Part shown: positions 40,689 through 49,115 of the stretch, in pieces
How the letters are laid out: each line of letters begins with the position of its first letter
Position numbering within the stretch: the first letter of the stretch is position 1
NCBI GenBank assembly: GCA_016197205.1
Contig: JACPWG010000100.1
Location: 8,250-72,249 of the forward strand
DNA length: 64,000 bases
Origin: Planctomycetota bacterium
GTDB lineage: Bacteria > Planctomycetota > MHYJ01 > WSZJ01 > JACPWG01
Direction of reading: 5' to 3'
Translations under genes and position numbers: made by a program
The notes under the pieces: generated by a model
Databases searched by the model: none
Seen by the model: the letters and a program-made list of their open reading frames with translations, nothing else
What the model was told of the DNA's origin: nothing

Positions 40689-41692
40689 ATGGCGTAGAGG
40701 TCTTCGCGGCACGGGCACTCGACGACGAGCGCGAAGGGATCGATCCGGATCTGGCCGAGCGTGCGCGCCTCGCGGCCCGGCCGCGGCGACGAGACACAGC
40801 CTCCGGCTTCGAGCGACGCGGTCCAGCGCAGGCGCACCAAGGCCTCCGACTCCGCCACCGGCTCCACCGACATCCAGTCCCGCACCGCGTCGGCGACGAC
40901 CGCGGCCTCGCGGTGTTCGTAGCGCACGCGCCCGCCGCGCTCCGCTGACCCGCCCGCAGGCCACCCCGCCCCCACCGACTCCAGGTCTTCCGGACTCGGC
41001 TCGGGCATCCGCAGCCGCCCCGGCGCCCCGGCCGGCCAACGCGCCGCGCGGCCCCCATTCGCCCGCGCATAGTCGCGCATGGAGGCGATCTCCGTCCAGA
41101 GGTCCTCCTCCGTGCAGCGCCCCCGCCACTCCGACTCGTCGGAGAAGCGTACCCCGATCGCCGCTTCGAGCGCGCGCAGGTCCGGCAGGGTGCGTTCCGC
41201 GGCGAGCCCCTGCCCGAGTTCGGCGGCGGTCGCAGGGCCGGCTTCGTCGGCCCGCGCACCGGCTGCATCGGCGGACGGGAGGCTCGCGGAGGCTTTCTGG
41301 AAGAGACGCCAGTCGACCTCGGCGTCGACGAGCGGCTCGCCGGCGAAGGCGCAGACCCGCACGCGCTCTTGCGGGAGAGAGAGGCCGTGCCGTCGGGCGA
41401 GCAGGACGCCGCCCCAGAGGAGTTGGCGGGCGAGTCGGGGAGCGCAGCGTTCGAACGGGCCCGCCCCTTCGAAAGCGGCCGCCGGGCCGAGCTCGCGGAA
41501 CACGCGTTTCGGGACGGGTTGCGTACGAAAGGCCTCGCGCAGGCCAAGCCCCCAGCGGTCAACCAGGTAGAAGGCGGACCAGACTTCACCGGCGAATTCG
41601 CGCGCGAAGAGGAGGAGCACCATGCCGGAGCGAGGTCCGCCGGAGAGCAGGTACGTACCGAAGAGGGGAGCGTCGTCTGGGACCACCGCCAT
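40685..41692 (-). CDS. hypothetical protein
   Basis: High GC3 to the stop. The ATG at rc 41690-41692 is tentative. No family recognised. Flanked by inverted composite repeat blocks. Confidence 0.45.
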   Translation of the reverse strand: MAVVPDDAPLFGTYLLSGGPRSGMVLLLFAREFAGEVWSAFYLVDRWGLGLREAFRTQPVPKRVFRELGPAAAFEGAGPFERCAPRLARQLLWGGVLLARRHGLSLPQERVRVCAFAGEPLVDAEVDWRLFQKASASLPSADAAGARADEAGPATAAELGQGLAAERTLPDLRALEAAIGVRFSDESEWRGRCTEEDLWTEIASMRDYARANGGRAARWPAGAPGRLRMPEPSPEDLESVGAGWPAGGSAERGGRVRYEHREAAVVADAVRDWMSVEPVAESEALVRLRWTASLEAGGCVSSPRPGREARTLGQIRIDPFALVVECPCREDLYAI

Positions 41693-42186
41693 GCGAAAGG
41701 CGATGGGGAGTGGATCCGTGTAGAGTTCCGAATCGGCGGTGATCCGGCGGGGCGGCTGTCGTAAGGGACGTCGCGTCCGCTCCCCAACCCGCGCGGTGCC
41801 GGCAGGGTCGGTCGGCTCGATGACGACGCCGGGTCCGGAGCCATGGAGAGTGATCGGCTCGCCGGCGTCCGCGCACGGAGGGTGCGTGGACGTTGTGCCG
41901 GGAGCTTGTTCCTGCGGCAAGGGTCTGCTCCTTCTCGGGTAGCCCTGCTGGATCCACCGCGTGGCCAACGCCCGATAACGAAGCGATCTTACCGCGGGTT
42001 TCGCCGCTGCGCAAGTCATATTTTATGCTTTGTAAACTGCGGAGTGCGTGCCTCGTGAGACCGGACTCCTGACCGGCAGATTGACAACCCACCGCGCCGG
42101 GTGATACGATGCGCCGCGTTCCGATAACGACCCTTGGCCCGCCGCCGCCGTCGGCCAACGGTCCGCGCAAGGGGTGCCGCAGCCCA

Positions 42187-42235
42187 AAGGCCCCGTAAGA
42201 AAATAACTCGCTCGTTTGACGCGCAGGAGGGCGAC
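42187..42235 (+). repeat. 46-bp motif copy 2 (CCCGTAAGAAAATAACTCGCTCGTTTGACGCGCAGGAGGGCG)
   Basis: See 40505 and 52328. Confidence 0.7.
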
Positions 42236-42506
42236 ATGAATTCTCGTAACCGTTCACGGGGAGGTACGCGTTACCACAGAGGCACGAGGAGGTTGACATG
42301 TCGATTCGGGGATCTGGCGACTTCTTTTTGACAGGATAACGGGATCAACAGGACCTTCCAATGCGTATCCCGTTGATCCTGTGATCCTGTCAGAAAGAAA
42401 TCCGACGCCATTGCGTGTGGAAAATCCGGTGGTCGCAAAGCCGGGGAAGATCCGCCGTGAGGCCTCCGTTTCCCCGTCCTCCCGTGGTGAACGGTTACGA
42501 ATTCTC
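42236..42506. mobile_element. MITE-like element with about 27-bp TIRs (GAATTCTCGTAACCGTTCACGGGGAGG / CCTCCCGTGGTGAACGGTTACGAATTC) and nested internal hairpins
   Basis: Ends are reverse complements. The interior has GACAGGAT-AACGGGATCAACAGG...CCCGTTGATCCTGT-GATCCTGTC. Confidence 0.55.
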
Positions 42507-42709
42507 AATGCTCAATTTTTAAGACTCAGACAAGGCTCAAGGTTCAATTCTCAATGACCACCATGGAACGTAGCCCGGGCAAGGAATCGCGGACTCTGAG
42601 CCTTGAACTTTGAGCCTTGTCTGAAAATTGAGCATTGAGCCTTGAGCCTTTTCCTGATGAGCTCCCTGGTTTCCGAGCTGCAGGAGTTGTTTCTTTACGG
42701 GCCCTAAGG
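42499..42709 (-). repeat. E-family repeat copy E2, ending 60 bp upstream of dnaE
   Basis: The rc begins CCTTAGGGCCCGTAAAGAAAC. Most complete copy. Confidence 0.8.
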
Positions 42710-42770
42710 TAAACACCTGAGGCCCGCTCCTCGTCCCTCGTCCCTCGTTCCCCGTTCCCAGGAGGCGTTC

Positions 42771-45700
42771 GTGAGCGTGAAGCGCGAGGACTTCGTCCAC
42801 CTGCACCTCCACAGCCACTACAGCCTCCTCGACGGCGCTGCGAAGGTCGACGAGATCGTTGAGACCGTGAAGAAGCACGGGATGCACGCGGTCGCGCTCA
42901 CCGACCACGGGAATCTCTTCGGCGCGATCGAGTTCTACCAGAAGGCCCTCAAGGCCGGCGTCAAGCCCATCCTCGGCATCGAGGCCTACATCGCGCCCGG
43001 CAAGCATACCGACAAGCGACAACTGCCCGGGCACGAAGGCAACTACCACCTCACCCTCCTCGTCCGGAACGAGCGCGGCTACAAGAACCTGCTCAAGCTC
43101 ACCACCACGGCCTACCGCGAGGGCTACTACTACAAGCCGCGCATGGACAAGGAACTCCTCGCCCGACACAGCGACGGGCTCCTCGCCCTCTCCGGCTGCC
43201 TCAACTCCGAGGTCTCCAAGGCCCTCCTCGCCGACGACGAAAAGCGCGCGACCGCGCTCGCCGAGGAGTACCGCTCGATCTTCGGGAAGGAGAACTTCTT
43301 CCTCGAGGTCATGAACCACAACATGCCCGAGCAGGACAAGGCGACGCGCGGCACGGTGAGGCTCGCCAAGCTGCTCGACATCCCGCTCGTCGCCACCAAC
43401 GACAGCCACTACGTCACGCGCGCGGACGCCGAAGCACAGGACGCCCTCCTCTGCATCGCGACCGGCAAGCTGGTCTCGGACGGCGACCGGATGAAGTTCC
43501 CCACCCAAGAATTCTACATCAAGTCCGCCGACGAGATGCGCGCGGCCTTCCCCGAGTTCCCCGAGGCGATCGCGAACACGATGCGCGTGGCCGAACGCTG
43601 CCACCTCGAGCTCAAGTTCGGCGAGATGCACCTCCCCCGCTTCGAGCCGCCCCCCGGCCAGACCCCTCACGGCTACCTCACGCAACTCTGCCGCGAAGGA
43701 CTCGCGCGCCGCTACAGCCCCGTGGCCGACGCCATCCTCGCCCGCCTCGCGTACGAACTGGAAGTGATCGAGAAGATGGGCTTCTCAAGCTACTTCCTCA
43801 TCGTGTGGGACTTCATCCGGTTCGGGCGCGAAAGCGGCGTACCGGTCGGGCCCGGGCGCGGCTCCGCCGCCGGCAGCCTCGTCGCCTTCGCCCTCGGCAT
43901 CACCAACATCGACCCGCTTCGGTACGACCTGCTGTTCGAGCGCTTCCTCAACCTCGGCCGCAAGGAAATGCCGGACATCGACATCGACTTCTGCCAGGAG
44001 AAACGCGAGCGCGTCATCGAGTACGTCCGCGACAAGTACGGCAAGGACAACGTCTCCCAGATCATCACCTTCGGCACGCTCAAGGCGCGCGCGGCCGTCC
44101 GCGACGCGGGCCGCGTGCTCGGCATCCCGCTCGCCCAGGTGGACCTGATCGCAAAAAAAATCCCGGCCGCGCTCGATATGACCGTGCAGAAGGCCCTCCA
44201 CGACGAGGCCGAGCTGCGCGACATGTGCGCGAAGGAACCGGCGGTCCAGAAGCTCTTCGACATTTCGCGCAGGCTCGAGGGGCTCTGCCGCCACGCCTCG
44301 AAGCACGCGGCCGGGGTCGTCATCTCCGACCAGCCCCTGCCGGAGATCGTTCCGCTCTACGTGAACGACGGCGAAGAGACCACCCAGTACGGCATGGAGG
44401 CGCTGGGCCAGCTCGGTCTGCTCAAGATGGACTTCCTGGGGCTCAACACGCTCACGATCCTCGATCGGGCGCTCCGGCTCGTGAAGGCCGTGCGCGGAGT
44501 CGACGTGGATCTGGAAAAAATCCCGCTCGACGACAAGCGGACCTACGAGATGCTCTCCGGCGGGGAGTCGTCGGCGGTGTTCCAGCTCGAATCCGGCGGA
44601 ATGCGCGACCTCCTGATGAAGATGCGGCCGAACACCTTCGAGGACATCATCGCCATCCTCGCGCTCTTCCGGCCGGGCCCGCTCCAGAGCGGCATGGTCG
44701 ACAGCTACGTCCGGTGCAAGCACGGGCTGGAGAAGATCCAGTACCTGCACCCGAAGCTCGAACCGATCCTGAAGGAGACGAACGGGGTGATCCTCTACCA
44801 GGAACAGGTGATGAGGATCGCCAACGTCCTCGGCGGCTTGACGCTGACCGAGGCCGACGGGCTCCGGAAGGCGATGGGCAAAAAAAAACCCGAGATCCTC
44901 GCGAAGTACCGCGAGCAGTTCGTGAAGGGGGCCGTGAAGAACGGCGTGCCCGAGCAGATCGGCGGCGAGATCTTCACGCTCATGGAGCACTTCGCCGGCT
45001 ACGGCTTCAACAAGTCCCACTCCGCGGCGTACGCGCTGGTCAGCTATCAGAACGCCTACATGAAGGCGAACTTCCCGACCGAGCTCATGGCCGCCTACAT
45101 GTCCTGCGAAATGGAAAAGACGGACAAGATCGTCGAATACATGGACGAGTGCCGGCGCCTCGGGATCGCGGTCCTGCCGCCGGACGTCAACGAGAGCGAC
45201 CGCGACTTCACGGTGGTCGGCGGCAAGATCCGGTTCGGCCTGGGCGCCGTCAAGGGGGTCGGCGACCGCTCGATCGAGGCGATTCGCGACGCGCGCACGA
45301 AAGTCGGGCGTTTCCGCTCGCTCTTCCAGTTCTGCGAAGAGGTGGAACTGACGTCGCTGAACAGCGGCGTGATGGAGTGCCTGGTGAAGTGCGGTGCATT
45401 CGACTCGCTGGGCGCGCGGCGGGCCCAGTTGGCGGCGGCGATCGACTCGGCGATGCGGCTTGGGTCGTCCTCGCAGGAGGACCGCCGCGTGGGGCAGGCG
45501 AGCCTCTTCGGGGCGCCGGCGCGCGGGAAGGGGGGCGCCGGGGCCGCGGTGCAGGAAGTCGAACCCGTGCTCCCTCAGGTGCCGGACTGGCCGGAGGAGG
45601 AGCAGCTCACGTACGAGAAGGAATCGCTCGGGTTCTACGTGACGGGACATCCCCTTGCGAAGCACGCGGAGTGCCTGAAGCTCTACAGCACGGTGACCAT

Positions 45701-46268
45701 CAAGGAGCTGCCGGAGCTGGCGGAGCGGATGAAGGACCGGACCCCGGACGGCATGGACGTCACCGTGGGCGGGATGATGACCGGCGTGGTCGCCTCGATC
45801 ATCAAGAACGGGGCGAGCAAGGGCCAGAAGATGTTCAAGTTCAAGGTCCGCTCCCTCGACGGCGCGATCGAGGGGGTGGTCTTCCCGAAGCAGGTCGAGG
45901 CGCTGAAGGACTACGTGAAGGAGGCGAACATCGGCTTCTTCCGCGGCAAGGTCGACTTCCGGAGGGAGGAGCCGTCGCTGCGGCTGAGCGAGTTCATCCC
46001 GATCGAGCGTGCGCGGGAGGCGCTGACCGGGACGCTGACGATCTCCATGAAGGCGATGGGGATGGACGAGGCGGTCCTGGACGCGCTGCGGGACGTCCTG
46101 CTCGAGCACCCGGGTCAGACAAGCGTGCTGCTCGAGATCACGGCGTCGAACGGGATGCGGGTGTCGCTGCGAACGGGGTCGAGCTTCCTGGTGTCGCCGT
46201 CCGACCGGTTCGTGCGGGACGTCGAGGACCTACTGGGGAAGTCGTGTCTGCGGTTCACGCGGAAGTAG
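42771..46268 (+). CDS. dnaE: DNA polymerase III subunit alpha
   Basis: PHP domain HLHLHSHYSLLDGA, polymerase core and OB fold. 1165 aa. Confidence 0.95.
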   Translation: MSVKREDFVHLHLHSHYSLLDGAAKVDEIVETVKKHGMHAVALTDHGNLFGAIEFYQKALKAGVKPILGIEAYIAPGKHTDKRQLPGHEGNYHLTLLVRNERGYKNLLKLTTTAYREGYYYKPRMDKELLARHSDGLLALSGCLNSEVSKALLADDEKRATALAEEYRSIFGKENFFLEVMNHNMPEQDKATRGTVRLAKLLDIPLVATNDSHYVTRADAEAQDALLCIATGKLVSDGDRMKFPTQEFYIKSADEMRAAFPEFPEAIANTMRVAERCHLELKFGEMHLPRFEPPPGQTPHGYLTQLCREGLARRYSPVADAILARLAYELEVIEKMGFSSYFLIVWDFIRFGRESGVPVGPGRGSAAGSLVAFALGITNIDPLRYDLLFERFLNLGRKEMPDIDIDFCQEKRERVIEYVRDKYGKDNVSQIITFGTLKARAAVRDAGRVLGIPLAQVDLIAKKIPAALDMTVQKALHDEAELRDMCAKEPAVQKLFDISRRLEGLCRHASKHAAGVVISDQPLPEIVPLYVNDGEETTQYGMEALGQLGLLKMDFLGLNTLTILDRALRLVKAVRGVDVDLEKIPLDDKRTYEMLSGGESSAVFQLESGGMRDLLMKMRPNTFEDIIAILALFRPGPLQSGMVDSYVRCKHGLEKIQYLHPKLEPILKETNGVILYQEQVMRIANVLGGLTLTEADGLRKAMGKKKPEILAKYREQFVKGAVKNGVPEQIGGEIFTLMEHFAGYGFNKSHSAAYALVSYQNAYMKANFPTELMAAYMSCEMEKTDKIVEYMDECRRLGIAVLPPDVNESDRDFTVVGGKIRFGLGAVKGVGDRSIEAIRDARTKVGRFRSLFQFCEEVELTSLNSGVMECLVKCGAFDSLGARRAQLAAAIDSAMRLGSSSQEDRRVGQASLFGAPARGKGGAGAAVQEVEPVLPQVPDWPEEEQLTYEKESLGFYVTGHPLAKHAECLKLYSTVTIKELPELAERMKDRTPDGMDVTVGGMMTGVVASIIKNGASKGQKMFKFKVRSLDGAIEGVVFPKQVEALKDYVKEANIGFFRGKVDFRREEPSLRLSEFIPIERAREALTGTLTISMKAMGMDEAVLDALRDVLLEHPGQTSVLLEITASNGMRVSLRTGSSFLVSPSDRFVRDVEDLLGKSCLRFTRK

Positions 46269-46602
46269 GGGCCCACCGCGCGCGAACCGTCTTTGCGAGG
46301 TCGAACCTGCGGGGGTGGTTGAACGCGCGGAGACCGCTCCCTCACGGTCGCGGTTCGGATTCCGCTGCCGCGGGCCGAGCGGCGTTGTGGTGCAGGGCTT
46401 CCGCCCTGCACCGGGCCACTCACGATGCCGGCGCCAGGGGCCCACCGCGCGCGAATCGTCCTTGCGAGGTCGAAACTGCGGGGGTGTTTGAACGCGCGGA
46501 GACCGCTCCCTGACGGTCGCGGTTCGGATTCCGCTGCCGCGGGCCGAGCGGTATTGTGGTGCAGGGCTTCCGCCCTGCACCGGGCCACTCACGATGCCGG
46601 CG
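46269..46602 (+). repeat. tandem direct duplication (2 x about 167 bp, about 90% identical), each unit ending in a REP-like hairpin
   Basis: Unit 1 is 46269-46436 and unit 2 is 46437-46602. It starts immediately after the dnaE stop. Confidence 0.85.
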
Positions 46603-46635
46603 TAGCGCCTGTACCCGCCTCCACGGGAGATCGCC

Positions 46636-47385
46636 ATGGACCCGCTCGACCCCACCACTGCGCTCACGCGCCGTCAGATGACCGCCGTCGACAAGCTGGC
46701 AACGGCACGCCTCGGCATGCCCTCGCTCCTCCTCATGGAGAACGCGGGGCGCGGGATCGCGGACGTGGTGCGGGCCATCGCCGGCGCGGGTCCGGGCCGG
46801 CCGCCGCTCATCCTCGTCGTGTGCGGTCACGGGAACAACGGGGGGGACGGGTACGTCGTCGCCCGCCGCTTGCTGCTCCACGGCGATAGCGTGCGCGTCC
46901 TCGTCGTCGGCCGGGAGGACGAGATCCGCGGCCGCGGTGACGCGGGCGTGAATCTCGAGATCGCGGCGCGCATAGGCGTGCCGATCGAGTTCACCGACAG
47001 GATGGACCGGCGCGACGTGGAGGCGCGGATCGCCTCCGCGTGGTTCCTCGTGGACGCGCTCTTCGGCACCGGCCTCTCGCGCCCGGTCGAGGGGATGGCG
47101 AAGGACGTGATCGGCTGGATGAACCAACGCGGCCGGTCCGTGCCGATCGTCGCGGTGGACATCCCGTCGGGCCTTGACTGCGACACGGGCGAGGTCCTCG
47201 GCGACGCCGTCCGCGCGGTCGTGACCGTCACGGTGGCCGCTCCGAAAACGGGTTTTTTCCGTGGCGAGGGGCCGCGTCTGGTCGGTGAACTGCGACTCGT
47301 CGATTTCGGCGTCCCGCTCGGCCCGCTGCGCGCCGCGCTCGCGGAGTCGCCGGAGGGGCGGGCCGACCAGAGATTTGAGATTTGA
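46636..47385 (+). CDS. nnrE: NAD(P)H-hydrate epimerase (YjeF N-terminal domain)
   Basis: VVCGHGNNGGDGYVVARRL...VDALFGTGLSRPV...VAVDIPSGLD. The stop lies inside an AGATTTG heptamer array. Confidence 0.8.
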   Translation: MDPLDPTTALTRRQMTAVDKLATARLGMPSLLLMENAGRGIADVVRAIAGAGPGRPPLILVVCGHGNNGGDGYVVARRLLLHGDSVRVLVVGREDEIRGRGDAGVNLEIAARIGVPIEFTDRMDRRDVEARIASAWFLVDALFGTGLSRPVEGMAKDVIGWMNQRGRSVPIVAVDIPSGLDCDTGEVLGDAVRAVVTVTVAAPKTGFFRGEGPRLVGELRLVDFGVPLGPLRAALAESPEGRADQRFEI

Positions 47386-47415
47386 GATTTTGCAATTTGA
47401 ATTTTGAGATTCGAT
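47371..47415 (+). repeat. AGATTTG heptamer array / Rpt200 core fragment (AGATTTGAGATTTGAGATTTTGCAATTTGAATTTTGAGATTCGA)
   Basis: Matches the Rpt200 internal block GAAATTTGAGATTTGAAATTTGACTTTTTGCAATTTGAAATTCGA. Confidence 0.75.
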
Positions 47416-47599
47416 CCGCTCCTCTCCTTCGCACTGTCCCAGCTCGATCTCGGATCGCTCGCGAGGACCGTCCAACAAGTCGCGCCCCCAGCCGGTTCCG
47501 CCCTATCCGCCTCATCCGCTAACTTCGCCCGCTCTCCCGGCTCCGCTTGTTCTCCTGGGTCGTGGACACTTCAACACTCGGCAAGGAGGGAGGCCACTC

Positions 47600-48721
47600 A
47601 TGCCCCGCAAGCTGCTCTTGCTTTCCGCCTCGTCGGGCGCCGGCCACAACCGCGCCGCGGAGGCCCTGCGCGAGGCCGCCAAGGAGCTCTTCCCCGACGT
47701 CGAGGTCCACTATCACGACACGCTGGAATTCACCGGCAAGCTCTTCGCCAAGCTTTATCCGAAGTCCTACCTCGTCGCGGTCAACAAGATGCCGGCCCTC
47801 TGGGGCTATTTCTACGCGAAGACCGACCGGTGGTCGGACAAGGGGCTCGGAGGCCGAGCGATCGACGCCTTCGATCAGCGCAACGCGCGCAAGCTCGCGA
47901 ACTTCGTCCACGACCTCAACCCCGACCACGTCATCTGCACGCACTTCCTGCCGATGGACCTGCTCTTGACCAAGCGGGGCCGGACGAAATACAACCATCC
48001 GCTCTCCGTCGTCGTCACCGACTACGACGTCCACAAGTTCTGGGTGCACGACGGCGTGGACCGGTACTTTGTGGCCACCGACGAGGTCAAGTGGCAGCTC
48101 CAGCGAAAGGGCACCCCGGAGAAGCAGATCCGCGTGTGCGGGATCCCGATCCACCCGGTCTTCTCGAAGAAGCCCGACCGGGCCGAGGTCGCCGCGCGCC
48201 TGGGCATCCGAAGCGACCTGCCGACGGTGCTCGTCCTGTCCGGCGGCTTCGGGATCGGGCACATCGAACGGGTCGTGGCGGACCTGGCGCGGCTGCCGGC
48301 GGAGCTGCAGCTCGTCGTGATCGCGGGCAGGAACGAGAAGCTGCGCCAGGAGGTCCAGGCAGTCGAGACTCCGCCGACCGTCGCGAAGAAGGTATTCGGC
48401 TTCGTGACGAACATCCAGGACTTCTACGCCTCGGCGGACCTCGCCGTCACGAAGTCCGGCGGGCTGACGGTCTCGGAGTGCCTGGCGATGGGGCTGCCGA
48501 TGGTGATCTTCGCGCCGATCCCCGGGCAGGAGGAGCGAAACTGCGACTACCTGCTGGAGCAGGGGGCGGCGGTGAAGGCGAAGGATCTGGCGACGTTGGA
48601 GTGGAAAGTGCTATCGCTCCTGCGGGACCCGGCAGCGCGGTTGCGGATGGCCGAGCGCGCGGCCGCGACGGCGCGCGCGCGGGCGGCGCACGACATCTTG
48701 AAGGACGTGCTCGGAGGGTGA
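47600..48721 (+). CDS. MGDG-synthase family glycosyltransferase (GT28; UgtP-like diacylglycerol glycosyltransferase)
   Basis: LLLLSASSGAGHNRAAEAL...VICTHF...GGFGIG...DLAVTKSGGLTVSECLAMGLPMVI. Confidence 0.8.
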   Translation: MPRKLLLLSASSGAGHNRAAEALREAAKELFPDVEVHYHDTLEFTGKLFAKLYPKSYLVAVNKMPALWGYFYAKTDRWSDKGLGGRAIDAFDQRNARKLANFVHDLNPDHVICTHFLPMDLLLTKRGRTKYNHPLSVVVTDYDVHKFWVHDGVDRYFVATDEVKWQLQRKGTPEKQIRVCGIPIHPVFSKKPDRAEVAARLGIRSDLPTVLVLSGGFGIGHIERVVADLARLPAELQLVVIAGRNEKLRQEVQAVETPPTVAKKVFGFVTNIQDFYASADLAVTKSGGLTVSECLAMGLPMVIFAPIPGQEERNCDYLLEQGAAVKAKDLATLEWKVLSLLRDPAARLRMAERAAATARARAAHDILKDVLGG

Positions 48722-48815
48722 GCGCGGGCGGGGGCGAGAGGCGTGGTGCGCCGGCAACTTTCGAACCCCGTCGGCCCCACGGGTTGGGCGAAGCGTCGCC
48801 CGTGCGGCGGGTCGC

Positions 48816-48866
48816 GCGGGCCGGAGGCCCGCGCCCCCAGGCATGGTGTCTGAACTTCGTCAACGC
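48816..48866 (-). mobile_element. partial MITE copy (half of the 16-bp-TIR element)
   Basis: The rc matches CGTTGACGAAGTTCAGACACCATGCCTGGGGGCGCGGGCCTCCGGCCCGCG. Confidence 0.6.
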
Positions 48867-49115
48867 GGCACGAGGAACGGGCCCTTGAGGGTTTGGGGGG
48901 TACCCTCGGGCGTGTGGAGCGGCGCGGACAGCCAAAGCGTTGACAGCCCCTCGCGCCTGCTGCTAGGATTCCCTTCGCTCTCTGGCCCCCGCGCGCGCGG
49001 AGAGTCCCCCTCTCCCGCGAAGCGGGTGAGGGCTGGGGTGAGGGCCCAAACCAGAGCAGCCCCACCCCTCTCTCGACGGACCTCGTTCCCCGCAGGCATC
49101 GGAGACACGCGCCTC

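Noticed and set aside
42134-42331. 65-aa ORF with a good RBS inside the TIR element
   Set aside because: Reported only as a possibility within a finding. It is too short and lies inside a repeat, so it was not called as a CDS.
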